From a candidate division WOR-3 bacterium (lineage in GTDB: Bacteria > Hydrothermota > Hydrothermia > B15-G9), in NCBI GenBank assembly GCA_027037615.1, contig JALVZN010000051.1:1-36823 (forward strand): DNA of 36,823 nt, given 5' to 3'. A program made the translations under genes and the position numbers. Below are positions 1 to 10,676 of the stretch, one piece after another. The notes under the pieces are model-generated. The model was not told where the DNA came from, made no database searches, and saw nothing but the letters and a program-made list of their open reading frames with translations. Position 1 is the first letter of the stretch, and every line of letters starts with the position of its first letter.

Positions 1-3000
1 CAGTGCTGTCACGAAGACCATCTCCATCCGTATCAAGATTCAATGCACCAGCTACCGCACCAGGCCCAACATACACCGTCTCCCAGCCATCATATCCGTC
101 AACAAGCTTATCACCATCTGTGTCATTATTGGTAGCATCTGTCTCAGTCCCATCAGTCTGACCATTGTAGTTAACATCTTCGCCAAATCCATCGACCAGA
201 TAGTCACCGTCAGTATCTCTTTCAAACAATGCGTCATCAATGGTGGTATTGCCATCGGCGCGGAAGACAGCCAAATCGGTGCCAGAAGAAGTGATCGGAG
301 CACCAAGACCAAGTTGTGTTCCATCCTGAAGGCTGTCAAGATCAGTCGAAGCAAGTGTAGGCTCTGTCACAGTCGAATATCCGCCAATATTTGAAGCGGC
401 GACAGAGTTCCAATCATCGACAACCCATGTCCAACGACCTGTATTGTTGTCGTAAGAAAGGTGGCCATAGCCAAACTCGCCAGGACGATCGCCGGCACTG
501 TAATCCAGACTTGCATCTGCATCGTCGTAACCGTCAGCAAGGCCATCATCATCCGTATCCTGATCGTTAGGATCGGTGTGAATGAACCAATCCTCAACAT
601 TGTCAGTTATACCATCGTGGTCGGTATCCTGAATATGGAGCGGATCGGGATCTATACAATCGGTATAGAAATCTCCATCGGTATCGGGATTCCTCGGGTC
701 TGTCTCAGTAGCATCAACTACACCATTATGATTAGCATCCTCAGTGCCGTCGTAGCCACATCCAGACCCATCATCATCGCCATCTGTGTCAACCATGAGA
801 GGATCTGTCCAGTGATGGAATGAGCTTGGTATAGGCGAGTTAGCGCCACGCTCAATGTTATCAGGCAAACCATCGCCATCTGTATCGTCGTTCATCGGGT
901 TGGTCCTTCTCGGCACCCAAACCGTATCGCCGGCAGCCACTTCGTCGCCATCGTAGAGGCCATCGCCGTCGCTATCCACTGAGTTGCGCAGCGTGCCCTC
1001 ATAACTTTCGATACCATCAGTCAATCCGTCGTTATCGGCGTCGTTCGGGGTATACATCGCCCACTTGAAGCCTTTACATGGGTTAAATCCAGCCTGCGGT
1101 CCGTTTATGTAGTAACCGTCCATCTCGGACAGGTCACTCATTATGTCAGCATCGGAAGATGTGGTAGGCGGAAGACCACCAAGATGGTCAGAGTTACTGG
1201 ATGCATAATACGAATCAATGTTATCCCAGATGTAAGAGAAGCTTGAACTTTCTATATGAACCCTCGTTGTATAGAAGACAATCGAATCAAGCGGTGCACC
1301 GGGGTTCGTTCCGCCAAGGGAATCTGCACTCGCCTTGAAGCCCCATTTGCCCTTCTTGGCCCACCTTGTAGCGTGAATTTCCTGATCGTCGTTAAGTCCA
1401 TCACCGTCAGAGTCAAGATCAAGAGCATTCATTATACCGTCACCATCGTAGTCGAGAGAGCCATCGACAAATGTCCAATACATCACAAAGAAGGAATCAG
1501 CATTCGTGTTGTCTATAAGCTCACTATAAGCGGAGTCAACAACTGCATGACCATCCTCTACACCATCACCATCCGTATCGACATTCCTCGGATTAGTCGC
1601 AAGGAAACCGCCCATCTTGCCGGTATAGAGACCCGACCTCGGAGTGGCTCCACTGAACAGGCATGAGGCATAACCGAGGGTAAGCTCTCCGACGGAATCG
1701 CCATCTGCGGGATTGAACTGGCCATCGCCGTTGACATCCACAAACCCGTCAACCAGCCCGTCGCCGTCCGTGTCCCTGTTGAGAGGATCGGAAGAATACC
1801 ATGCTCCATACCAGGCACTAGCAGAATCATAGCCAGCGGCCGGGTTCGGCGAATTGGGCACAGGATCAAGGTCGATCACATTGGGCATGTATTCATCGCC
1901 ATCCCACAGCCCATCGTCATCAGTGTCACGGTCATAAGGATTGGTACCTATGTAATTTTCGAGGCCAGTAGGCAGACCATCGCCATCAGGATCATCAAGA
2001 CCAACATCAGTCCATATCGGATCCCATGGATCTGCCATCGCTATACCATCGTGGTTCTGAGCGGCAACTTCCACATAGAATGTATCGGGAACGCCGTCGT
2101 TATTGTAATCCCTTATTACAGGCTCATTGAAGACCACCGCACTATCATGACTGCCATGATAGTTGCTCGAAACAACTGTCGGGTAGTAGATAGAATCGGC
2201 ATCGGGGCCTTCAAAGATAGGCAGATAATGGCCTATCCAGACGGTATCAGAACCAATAACCGCATAAGTCACGAATATGCTATCGTTATCGGTATTTGGA
2301 TTGTAGGGATCAAGGCCAAGACTAAGCTCGAGGGTATCAGAAAGACTATCGCCATCACTATCAAGCTTCGCAGGGTTGGTTCTCTGGAAACCGGTCTCAG
2401 CGAGATTCAGATCGTTTCCAGCCTCCCAGCCATCTGTTAGGCCATCCCTATCAAAATCGCTCCTGCGCGACGCAGCTATCGCTGAGTCAGCAGGCCAACC
2501 CATATCATCTTCGAAGAACTGCTTTTCGTTTGGCAGCTTATTGTCTGAATATTTCCATCCGGGATCGTAACTGCCATCAAACAACCCATCGTTATCGCTG
2601 TCAATATCTCTTGCATCCACTATGCCGTCGCCATCTGTGTCCGTCATCGTTCCACCGTCGTAAACACCATCATGATCGCTATCAATCAGATTGCTGTGCG
2701 TCGAATCATCCGACGCCTCTGTCAGATCATCAATGCCATCGGCATCTGTATCGGTAACATAAGGATTTAATCCATTCTCAAGCTCAAATTCGTCAGACAA
2801 ACCATCACCATCCGTATCAACAGCATCAGGATTCACTCGCTCAAAATACCCGGCATTAGAACCATTCGTCAAATTAAGGTCATTTCCGGCCTCCCAACCA
2901 TCCGTCAGGCCATCTACATCTGTGTCTGCCTTACGGGAATCCGTGCCAAAAGTATCCTCATTCGGCACCCTATCATCTGCATATTTCCATCCGGGATCGT

Positions 3001-4816
3001 AACTGCCATCAAACAGCCCATCGTTATCGCTATCAATATCCCTTGCATCTACTATGCCATCGCTATCTGTGTCCGTCATCGTTCCACCGTCGTAAACACC
3101 ATCATGATCGCTATCAGTCAGATTGCTGTGTGTCGAATCATCCGACGCCTCTGTCAGATCGTCAATGCCATCACCATCTGTGTCCGTCGACAGAGGATTC
3201 AGCCCATTCTCAAGCTCAAATTTGTCGGACAGACTATCGCCATCTGTATCAACAGCATCAGGATTAACTCGCTCAAAATCCCCGGCATTGGAACCATTCG
3301 TCAAATTAAGGTCATTTCCGGCCTCCCAACCATCCGTCAGGCCATCTACATCTGTGTCCGACTTACGGAAATTGGTATGGAATGTATTTTCATTCGGCTT
3401 CTCGTTGTCAGCGTATGTCCATCCGGGATCGTAATCTCCATCAAACAAGCCATCATTATCGCTGTCCAGATCCCTTGCATCGGGCAAACTGTCGCCATCA
3501 GCATCACTCGGGCCAATGGAATCAATAACAAGGTATGCATCATGGCCTGATGCAGTTACGACAACCACATTAGAATCATTATCGAGTTTAACCTCAACAG
3601 AATCAGGAATACCATCGCCATCCGTATCGTTGTTGTTGTAATTAAGCCTATATTTAATCTCGCTTTCATCCACAACACCGTCACCCGTTCCGCCATCATT
3701 ATCGGTATATCCATATGCGCTTGTGTGGAAGAAATTTTCCTCTGAGCCGTCCGCCAGACCATCTCCATCCGAATCCATATCGCGGAAATTGGGAACGCTG
3801 TCACTATCTGTATCATCCGTCTTCTCATAGCCTTTAGGAGCGTAGCTGCTACTATCGCCATCCACGATGCCATCGTTATCAGCATCCGGATCGAGCGCAT
3901 CGATAACTCCGTCTTTGTCAACATCCGTGGCGGCAAGGAATCCGGTGACGGTATCAACATACATCGTACCATTCCACTGCATGGTTGAGGCGCCGCCGGA
4001 AGCAACAGTTCCCGCCAAAATAGCAGCATCATCGGCACACTCAGTGGCATCATCGATTCCATCACCGTCGCTATCCGTCGTATCCGGGTTAAGACCGAGT
4101 TTTATCTCAAGTTCATCGCTAAGTTTATCGCCATCTGTATCCGCTTTTTTAGGATCAACATTCCATTTTGCATAAGTGTAAACCTCTTCTCCGTCCCCTA
4201 AACCATCTCCATCTGTATCTGCATTATAAGGATCTGTACCGGTTCCCCCAGCTCCATACTCATATTTGTAATTTCCGCCACCATTGTTAAAGGTAAACCT
4301 AACCCCGCTGGCGCTGCGCACATCGTAGCCGTAGTAATGACCGTCAAGCAAACCGTCGTTATCGGAGTCTATATCGAGAGGATTAGGGATACCATCACCA
4401 TCGGCATCATTTGGAGTTGCTGTTGTAACGGTTCCTGTGAAAGCTGTATCGCCCATCCACTCAGCATTGTCTCTTATACCATCGCCGTCAGTATCAGGGT
4501 TTCTTGGATCGGTTTCATTTCTATCTATAACACCGTTCTTATTTGCATCCTCGAGTGTATCAGGAACACCGTCATTATCAAAGTCACCCTGCGGATGTGC
4601 GACCGACGGTGTGTAAGGTGTCCCATCGGGATTCACCAGGCCAAGCATTATATCCTTGTCATCAGACAATCCATTTCCGTTAGTGTCAGGGATTTTTACC
4701 TGGGCAGCCGCCTGCCCTATCCATAGAACTCCCAAGAGTCCTGCAACCAGGAAGAGCCTCCACAGACTCTTCTTCCTCCTATCTGGGGCTCTGCTGCCAC
4801 CACCACCTTTTGACAT
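1..4816 (-). CDS. Giant secreted Asp/Gly-rich Ca-binding repeat protein (thrombospondin type 3-like DxDxDG repeats), 3' end outside window, >=1605 aa
   Basis: Not in the ORF track, presumably because no stop lies in the window. ATG at 4816 follows AAGGAGG. N-terminus MSKGGGGSRAPDRRKKSLWRLFLVAGLLGVLWIGQAAAQ looks like a signal peptide. Many motifs such as DFDNDGVPDTLE and ETDPRNPDTDGDGIRD. The window edge reads DTDGDGLRDST in the same frame as the start. Confidence 0.9.
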   Translation of the reverse strand, partial: MSKGGGGSRAPDRRKKSLWRLFLVAGLLGVLWIGQAAAQVKIPDTNGNGLSDDKDIMLGLVNPDGTPYTPSVAHPQGDFDNDGVPDTLEDANKNGVIDRNETDPRNPDTDGDGIRDNAEWMGDTAFTGTVTTATPNDADGDGIPNPLDIDSDNDGLLDGHYYGYDVRSASGVRFTFNNGGGNYKYEYGAGGTGTDPYNADTDGDGLGDGEEVYTYAKWNVDPKKADTDGDKLSDELEIKLGLNPDTTDSDGDGIDDATECADDAAILAGTVASGGASTMQWNGTMYVDTVTGFLAATDVDKDGVIDALDPDADNDGIVDGDSSSYAPKGYEKTDDTDSDSVPNFRDMDSDGDGLADGSEENFFHTSAYGYTDNDGGTGDGVVDESEIKYRLNYNNNDTDGDGIPDSVEVKLDNDSNVVVVTASGHDAYLVIDSIGPSDADGDSLPDARDLDSDNDGLFDGDYDPGWTYADNEKPNENTFHTNFRKSDTDVDGLTDGWEAGNDLNLTNGSNAGDFERVNPDAVDTDGDSLSDKFELENGLNPLSTDTDGDGIDDLTEASDDSTHSNLTDSDHDGVYDGGTMTDTDSDGIVDARDIDSDNDGLFDGSYDPGWKYADDRVPNEDTFGTDSRKADTDVDGLTDGWEAGNDLNLTNGSNAGYFERVNPDAVDTDGDGLSDEFELENGLNPYVTDTDADGIDDLTEASDDSTHSNLIDSDHDGVYDGGTMTDTDGDGIVDARDIDSDNDGLFDGSYDPGWKYSDNKLPNEKQFFEDDMGWPADSAIAASRRSDFDRDGLTDGWEAGNDLNLAETGFQRTNPAKLDSDGDSLSDTLELSLGLDPYNPNTDNDSIFVTYAVIGSDTVWIGHYLPIFEGPDADSIYYPTVVSSNYHGSHDSAVVFNEPVIRDYNNDGVPDTFYVEVAAQNHDGIAMADPWDPIWTDVGLDDPDGDGLPTGLENYIGTNPYDRDTDDDGLWDGDEYMPNVIDLDPVPNSPNPAAGYDSASAWYGAWYSSDPLNRDTDGDGLVDGFVDVNGDGQFNPADGDSVGELTLGYASCLFSGATPRSGLYTGKMGGFLATNPRNVDTDGDGVEDGHAVVDSAYSELIDNTNADSFFVMYWTFVDGSLDYDGDGIMNALDLDSDGDGLNDDQEIHATRWAKKGKWGFKASADSLGGTNPGAPLDSIVFYTTRVHIESSSFSYIWDNIDSYYASSNSDHLGGLPPTTSSDADIMSDLSEMDGYYINGPQAGFNPCKGFKWAMYTPNDADNDGLTDGIESYEGTLRNSVDSDGDGLYDGDEVAAGDTVWVPRRTNPMNDDTDGDGLPDNIERGANSPIPSSFHHWTDPLMVDTDGDDDGSGCGYDGTEDANHNGVVDATETDPRNPDTDGDFYTDCIDPDPLHIQDTDHDGITDNVEDWFIHTDPNDQDTDDDGLADGYDDADASLDYSAGDRPGEFGYGHLSYDNNTGRWTWVVDDWNSVAASNIGGYSTVTEPTLASTDLDSLQDGTQLGLGAPITSSGTDLAVFRADGNTTIDDALFERDTDGDYLVDGFGEDVNYNGQTDGTETDATNNDTDGDKLVDGYDGWETVYVGPGAVAGALNLDTDGDGLRDST
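2549..3500. repeat. 432-bp (144 aa) tandem repeat inside the giant gene: two close copies plus a partial third; a more diverged copy lies at about 2270-2548
   Basis: The anchor (a/g)tat(t/g)tccatccgggatcgtaa starts at 2549, 2981 and 3413, spaced exactly 432 bp. Copies 1 and 2 share long near-identical stretches. Confidence 0.9.
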
Positions 4817-4962
4817 GCAACTACCTCCTTGTTCTCTCAATAATTGTTTTACTATGGCTCCAGCCACTTCCATTGCAAACCTCCATTTTTTTTCTGCCCG
4901 CAGTCATTGTTTATCCGCCATTGACATACATTTAGTAAAATCTCGGATATTCAGTTTTTCTA

Positions 4963-4991
4963 TTATTAAGGCTGTTTTTCAACAGTGTCAA
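4963..4991 (-). promoter_or_regulatory. Candidate sigma70 promoter for the giant repeat gene
   Basis: Minus strand TTGACA (4991-4986), 17 nt, TAATAA(T). Confidence 0.45.
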
Positions 4992-5033
4992 GTCAAATAG
5001 GCACATACACAATGGCACTCAACACATATAATT

Positions 5034-5615
5034 TCAGCCATTTTCAGCAAATTCTGCTTCCACCATCTCAAGGACTATATGGCCAATCATCTCATGCGAT
5101 TCCTGTATCCTCGCAGTGTCCCTGGACGGCACATGAATTACAAGGTCACAAAGCTCTTCCACTTCGATCTCACGCTCTCCGGTGAGATAAATCACCCTCA
5201 ACCCTTTATCGACAGCCGCTCTCACAGCACGATTCACATTTGGCGATCTACCTGAGGTGGATATAGCAACGAGGACATCTCCCTCCACACCATAAGCCTC
5301 CACCTGCCTCGCAAAAACATTCTCATACCCATAATCGTTCGAGGTCGCCGTCACGATCGAAGGATCGGAAGAAAGCGCTATCGCCGGTATCGCAGCCCTC
5401 TCCCTCTTGAACCTTACAACAAGCTCAGCTGCAAAGTGTTGGGCATCAGCAGCGCTTCCACCATTCCCGCAAAAAAGCACCTTGTGACCGCTTTTTACTG
5501 CATCAAAAATGATCTCCGACGCCTTTACAAGATCGTCGGGATTAAGTTTCTTCTTTACTTCTATGGATTCGTTGATTCGAGCTATTACAAGCTCTCTCCT
5601 GGTTTCTTTGTCCAT
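5034..5615 (-). CDS. gmhA: Phosphoheptose (D-sedoheptulose 7-phosphate) isomerase, SIS fold
   Basis: Motifs CGNGGSAADAQHFAAEL, NDYGYENVFARQV, ISTSGRSPNV, TARIQESH. Confidence 0.95.
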   Translation of the reverse strand: MDKETRRELVIARINESIEVKKKLNPDDLVKASEIIFDAVKSGHKVLFCGNGGSAADAQHFAAELVVRFKRERAAIPAIALSSDPSIVTATSNDYGYENVFARQVEAYGVEGDVLVAISTSGRSPNVNRAVRAAVDKGLRVIYLTGEREIEVEELCDLVIHVPSRDTARIQESHEMIGHIVLEMVEAEFAENG

Positions 5616-6406
5616 TATGCTCCTCCATCGTGAATCTTGAAAACTTCAACTGCGTTTGAGTATGTGATTCTGGCCATGCTCTCCACATCAACACCTCTCA
5701 ATTCTGCAACTTTAGTTAGCGTATAAACCACAAAAGAAGGCTCATTCCTTTTGCCTCTAAATGGGACAGGGGTGAGATAAGGGGCATCGGTTTCAACAAG
5801 CAACCTGTCATCGGGAACGGCCATGACGACATCGAGGATTTTCCCTGCCTTTTTGAAAGTGACATTGCCTGCAAAAGATATCCAGAAACCCAATTTGAGC
5901 GCCTCAGTGGCCTCATCAACTCCTCCACTAAAACAATGAAAGACCCCTTTGACATCTCCTGAATAGTCCCTGAGGACATCAAAAACATCATCAAAGGCGT
6001 CGCGCACATGGACGATTATCGGGAGTTCATGTTCAATGGCAAGTTCGATCTGAGACCTAAACGCACGATGCTGCGATTCGCGGGATGAGTAATTTCTATA
6101 AAAATCCATGCCTATCTCACCGATGGCCACGATGTATGACCGATCACCGGACAATAGAAAGCTATTGAGGACATTGAGCTTCTCCTGAGCGAAACTGTCA
6201 GCTTCGTGAGGATGAACCCCGACGGCGGCGTAAACAGTATCGGGGAACCCTTTTGCAAGTTCGATGGCAGCCACGGAATCATGAATATCCGTTCCCGGAA
6301 CGACAATCTTAGAAACTCCATTGTCCTTTGCCCTGAAAACAACAGCGTCCACATCATCCTTAAACTTCGTATCGTTTAAATGGGCGTGGGTATCAAAAAT
6401 CTGCAT
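5615..6406 (-). CDS. tatD: TatD family hydrolase/DNase
   Basis: Motifs DTHAHL, GVHPH, IGEIGMDF, HVRDA, HCFSG, ETDAPYL. Confidence 0.95.
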   Translation of the reverse strand: MQIFDTHAHLNDTKFKDDVDAVVFRAKDNGVSKIVVPGTDIHDSVAAIELAKGFPDTVYAAVGVHPHEADSFAQEKLNVLNSFLLSGDRSYIVAIGEIGMDFYRNYSSRESQHRAFRSQIELAIEHELPIIVHVRDAFDDVFDVLRDYSGDVKGVFHCFSGGVDEATEALKLGFWISFAGNVTFKKAGKILDVVMAVPDDRLLVETDAPYLTPVPFRGKRNEPSFVVYTLTKVAELRGVDVESMARITYSNAVEVFKIHDGGA

Positions 6407-6417
6407 TTCAGGCGAAA

Positions 6418-6789
6418 TTATTTAGATGGCTGAGCTGATTTTCCGGGCGCAGTCTCACTCATCGTGCATGTCCCATCAAATATGACCCCATCCTCGACAA
6501 TGAGGCCCTTGCAGTAAAGGTCACCTTTAAATCTTGCACCGGACTGGAATTCGACCTTCTGAGCGATTACCATTTTGCCCTGTATGTGCCCACCTATCTT
6601 CGCATTTTGAGCAAAAATCTCGCCTTCTATCATGCCCGTTTTGCCCACAACGAGCGTCCCCTCGATCTTTATGTTGCCTTTAAATTTACCATCGATGCGG
6701 GTTCCACCTTTCACTTCTATGGTTCCCTCAAATACACCACCCTCACCGACAATCGTATCCATTTTTTCATAAGCTTCTTTTCCCTTCAT
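6418..6789 (-). CDS. Bactofilin (polymer-forming cytoskeletal protein)
   Basis: Beta-helix pattern TIVGEGGVFEGTI...RIDGKFKGNI...LIVEDGVIFDGTCTM; GGAGG upstream. Confidence 0.92.
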   Translation of the reverse strand: MKGKEAYEKMDTIVGEGGVFEGTIEVKGGTRIDGKFKGNIKIEGTLVVGKTGMIEGEIFAQNAKIGGHIQGKMVIAQKVEFQSGARFKGDLYCKGLIVEDGVIFDGTCTMSETAPGKSAQPSK

Positions 6790-6803
6790 GACTTCATTAC
6801 CTC

Positions 6804-9800
6804 CTATTTTGCTATTGCAAATCGCTGAACATATGATTTACGCACACCATTGGCTTCACTCTCAATTGTTACAAAGTATAAGCCATTGGACGGCATTTCT
6901 CCATCCAGATCATAGCCGTTCCAGACAATTTCGTTGTAGCCGGCGGACAGCAACCGCTCGCCGCTGTCCCATATTTTTCTACCGCCAAGCGTCCAGATCT
7001 TCACTTCTACAAGCGCAGAAATGGAGAGGCGGAAACTTATGATTACATTTCCATCAGAGGTAATGGGATTGGGGTACACGAGCAAATCGCTGATGGCTAA
7101 TCTGTCTTCGCCCGTAACATAGAAATTCCACACTCTGGAATATGGATTTTCATAAATATCGTATTCCCTTATGGTTAAACTCTGTTGCCCCTCTTCACCA
7201 AAATTAAGGGTGTAGTAGGCTGAGCCAGATGTGTCGCTGTCCATATCGTATTCAAACAGCTGAGTAAGGTCAACAGGATTTGGGTTCAAGCTATACCAGA
7301 GGCTCAGTCCCGGTTCGTTCGGCCTGACAGCACGGGACAGATTTATGCCAAGATCGTCCACAACTTTAATTTCAACGGGGATGTTGTTCCTTACGGTATC
7401 CCCATCAGCCAATTTTCTTCCTTTATATAACAGCTCGATAGAGGCGCCCATCGTATCTATTATGATCCTGTTTTCACGGATGATAACCCTATTGTCGGCA
7501 TTGCCTGCCGATCCCCACACCGATGCGGGATTGTAGATTATCAGATTGGCCTGTGTGCCGGTGTCCACGCTGACAGGTACCCAGAACGCTCCATGTGCGG
7601 AATCCCCTTCAAAACTGGCTTTTCCGACGAAAAACGGGGCAGGCGGTTTGGTATAGTGTATAACTGTGACGCCGTCAGGAGAATGGTATGTGATGTTTTT
7701 CCTCGTGCCGAGAGCGTTCACATAGAGGAACCTGCTTGATGAATTGGTAAGGCCATGCGCTGACCATGCACTCCTTCGGCCACGCTGAAGCGTGTCGTCG
7801 GCCGTAACATCTAACTCTGGATACACGAACGAGTAAGGGGTCGCTGGATCACCGAACAGAACGAAATAAAAGCCTCGAGAGTTGATTATCCCATGCGTCA
7901 GGAGTTCGCCAAAAGGATGTGGGAGGCTGTCAGTCCTGAGCACGCTCACCATGCCCTCGAAAACACGCATATTGGTAGAATGGAACTCCCCGACGGTAGA
8001 GGAAACAGCTGCGATGGCACCGCCCGGCCTGAGCGTCCAATCCTCGGTTATGGATCTCGGATATTTTATCCTGTCAAATCCGCCAACTTTACAGGAAGCC
8101 ACAAATACAAATGGGTTCTTTCTGCCCGCATTTATCTTTCCGGCATCTCTCTGCAAATCAAAGAGTTTCTCGTGTGACAGCTGAGCAGGATGGCCATGTA
8201 TGAATATCACAACCATCGACGCCCCTCTGTTGAACTCGCTTATGAAGGCCTCAGATGCTCCAAGCCTCACTCTCGGCGCTGGACGCGGAAATTCGATCTC
8301 GTAAACATGGGAAACATCCATCGTATGCGGTATCCAGTAGTTGTAAATCATGTTTATGTAATACATGTGCTGCGTGTCACCACCTATGTTCTGGTTCTCG
8401 CCATATTCGTCGTCGGCGACAAGCAGCACCCTATCCCTCCACAATCCAGTGGCGTCGCCGGACTCGTAAACCCGAACCTTCTGGAGGTAATCGCTCAGCT
8501 CGCTCCTGTATCTGATAGGTATCCTACCGATGAATATGTCAGGGTAATCGTCTCCGTTCATATCGGCGTAGAAGATGTCAAGCGCACCGAGCTGGGATTC
8601 TATGTTGAGCAGATAAAAAGGCTCATAAGGAGGCACAAAGTTGCCGAATGTCGTGGTATAACCTTTGTAATCATAGTGGCCGTCACCGACAAGCGTCAGG
8701 TAAAGCAGAGAATCGTCGTTATCGTAAACATATCTGACGAAATTCCGTATTGCGACAGGGTCTTTGATGCCAAAACCGAACTCGTCGAAGATATTTTCAG
8801 TTGTCACCGTCAATATGCTGCCGCTCCCGACCTCCCAATGCCCATCCGAGGTCGGCAACATGATGTGATCCCTGCGCCAGTTAGCGTATCTGGAAAAAAC
8901 GCCCTTGAAAACGGAAGGAACAACGGCGAGGTAGCGAACCCCGTTCACATCCTGCTCCCTGAGATGTGATGGGAAATAGAGCCGCATGTAGGCCGGCTTT
9001 TTGGTAGATGATTCAAGGTAAAAGACATCACCTGCGTCAACGGTGGCTCCAAACCGTCCATTTGACACAGCGAAAACGGACGGAGCAACGCCGTTTGAAA
9101 CCTTCCACGCCCTCACAACAGATTGATGGACAGACAGCTCAACATCACCATGAGCCGACTCAAAGAAGATCGAGGTGTCGGCCTGAGCCGATGTCGTGGC
9201 CGTGTATTTGATGTTGAAATAGTCAAGGAACACATAATCGCTCCGACTCCGCCACAGCGTATCGAATTCCGACGGGTAGATGACAAGCGTCAGCTCGTTG
9301 GAAGCTCGAAGGTGATGGTAGTCAACCACAACCTTCTTAGACATGAGGCCACTCAGTGATGTCGTAGCAATCGAATCCCCGTTGAGGATAACATCGACAT
9401 ATCTCATCTGGTATTTGTCTCCGCCGATAAGCTGAATCTCAAATGTGCCGTTTGAATCAGCAACACCGCTCAGGTTGAAGCGAAAACTCATTGACGCCGT
9501 CCTGCTACCAGCATCCCGCTGTATCATCTCGCCAATCCACCATAACCCTTTCTGAGCGATGTTAAATAGCTCCTGCTCATGGCGATAAAACCTTGTGCAT
9601 GTGGTGAGCTGACTTCCACTCACCCCCTGTGAAGGCCTCAATATCAGCCCTTCGCCCGGCCGTGCATACAGGCCAAGCCAGTAAAAATTCGTGTCTGAAT
9701 ACGGATGGTTGAAATAATCGTATTCCTCACCGTTCCAAATATACCTCTGCATCGGAATTCCGTAGAAAAGCAGCCTGTCACCAGGGCCGAACACGCCATC

Positions 9801-10649
9801 TCCGCCATCATCCAGCAAAAATCCGACACGTTTCATAGTCAGATTAGCTGAATCCACATCGGACGGCAGCATTACGCCGCCCAGGGAGTAAAGGGCAATC
9901 TGATCCGATGGAATTTCGTTTATGCCGAGTTTCTGAAGATCGTCAAAATCGACCTCATAGATACCCTCACCATAGACTGCGATCTTGACCCATGTGGTCG
10001 CATTGGAAAACGGATCTCGCCAATCGAGCGGGCTTGCTTTGTTGATACGCCAACTCTTTCCGATAGCATAATTCACAAAATTTAACCTCTGAATTGCCTC
10101 CAGATGCAAATTTTCTCCCTTAACATCGTGCGGTTTGCCGTCAAATGTGACCTTAACTCTGATTTTTCGCAAAATTTTCAGTGTGTTACGGCCGGGATTG
10201 TATCTGATCGGGTATATGGCGACCTCAGCGTATCTGAGCCCCCCGATAACACCGGTTCCCAGCACCTTATAATCCACATCGGGAAATTCCCTGTCCTTAA
10301 GGTAGTCCTCCGACATCTCATACCTTTTGCTCATGCCGTCGTCTTCAAACCTCGGAATTGGAAGAAGCGGAGCCTTCAGATAGATTTTTTCCACATCAAG
10401 CCGCTCGACAGAAACATTAAACCCGCCCGTCTGAGGAAGGATGAACATGAGCTTGCGGTAGTATTGCGGCGGCGATCCGACATCTCCATCGATGAGCAAC
10501 TCGTCAGAAAGTATGTTGAGGAACTTCCCTTTATCCGTCACAACGGTGGTCGTATCCATCGAACTGAGCTCATACTCGCCCACAAATCCTTGAGAATCCG
10601 ATGAAATAAGCCGAAAAGCGGCAAAAAATAAGAGTATAAAGTTACCCAT
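6804..10649 (-). CDS. PorU-like peptidase C25 (gingipain family) protein with N-terminal propeptide and C-terminal FlgD-Ig/T9SS-like domain
   Basis: KIAVYGEGIYEV, IFDEFGFGIKDPVAIRNFV, LVGDGHYDY, IGRIP, LVADD; putative catalytic His (IHGH) and Cys (ASCKVGGFD); LFGDPA; C-terminal YPNP...GYNEIVWNGYD...SNGLYF. Confidence 0.85.
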   Translation of the reverse strand: MGNFILLFFAAFRLISSDSQGFVGEYELSSMDTTTVVTDKGKFLNILSDELLIDGDVGSPPQYYRKLMFILPQTGGFNVSVERLDVEKIYLKAPLLPIPRFEDDGMSKRYEMSEDYLKDREFPDVDYKVLGTGVIGGLRYAEVAIYPIRYNPGRNTLKILRKIRVKVTFDGKPHDVKGENLHLEAIQRLNFVNYAIGKSWRINKASPLDWRDPFSNATTWVKIAVYGEGIYEVDFDDLQKLGINEIPSDQIALYSLGGVMLPSDVDSANLTMKRVGFLLDDGGDGVFGPGDRLLFYGIPMQRYIWNGEEYDYFNHPYSDTNFYWLGLYARPGEGLILRPSQGVSGSQLTTCTRFYRHEQELFNIAQKGLWWIGEMIQRDAGSRTASMSFRFNLSGVADSNGTFEIQLIGGDKYQMRYVDVILNGDSIATTSLSGLMSKKVVVDYHHLRASNELTLVIYPSEFDTLWRSRSDYVFLDYFNIKYTATTSAQADTSIFFESAHGDVELSVHQSVVRAWKVSNGVAPSVFAVSNGRFGATVDAGDVFYLESSTKKPAYMRLYFPSHLREQDVNGVRYLAVVPSVFKGVFSRYANWRRDHIMLPTSDGHWEVGSGSILTVTTENIFDEFGFGIKDPVAIRNFVRYVYDNDDSLLYLTLVGDGHYDYKGYTTTFGNFVPPYEPFYLLNIESQLGALDIFYADMNGDDYPDIFIGRIPIRYRSELSDYLQKVRVYESGDATGLWRDRVLLVADDEYGENQNIGGDTQHMYYINMIYNYWIPHTMDVSHVYEIEFPRPAPRVRLGASEAFISEFNRGASMVVIFIHGHPAQLSHEKLFDLQRDAGKINAGRKNPFVFVASCKVGGFDRIKYPRSITEDWTLRPGGAIAAVSSTVGEFHSTNMRVFEGMVSVLRTDSLPHPFGELLTHGIINSRGFYFVLFGDPATPYSFVYPELDVTADDTLQRGRRSAWSAHGLTNSSSRFLYVNALGTRKNITYHSPDGVTVIHYTKPPAPFFVGKASFEGDSAHGAFWVPVSVDTGTQANLIIYNPASVWGSAGNADNRVIIRENRIIIDTMGASIELLYKGRKLADGDTVRNNIPVEIKVVDDLGINLSRAVRPNEPGLSLWYSLNPNPVDLTQLFEYDMDSDTSGSAYYTLNFGEEGQQSLTIREYDIYENPYSRVWNFYVTGEDRLAISDLLVYPNPITSDGNVIISFRLSISALVEVKIWTLGGRKIWDSGERLLSAGYNEIVWNGYDLDGEMPSNGLYFVTIESEANGVRKSYVQRFAIAK

Positions 10650-10676
10650 TTGAATCTCTCCTGATGATGAATTGGA

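Noticed and set aside
2549-3500. Repeats as a CRISPR array or DGR template/variable pair
   Set aside because: The period is 432 bp and in frame, with no spacer structure; no cas or reverse transcriptase gene is in the window.
52-4726. Many short ORFs on both strands (Ile/Val-rich, Ser/Pro-rich, Met-rich)
   Set aside because: They are antisense or off-frame shadows of the GAT/GAC/GGT-rich giant gene on the minus strand.
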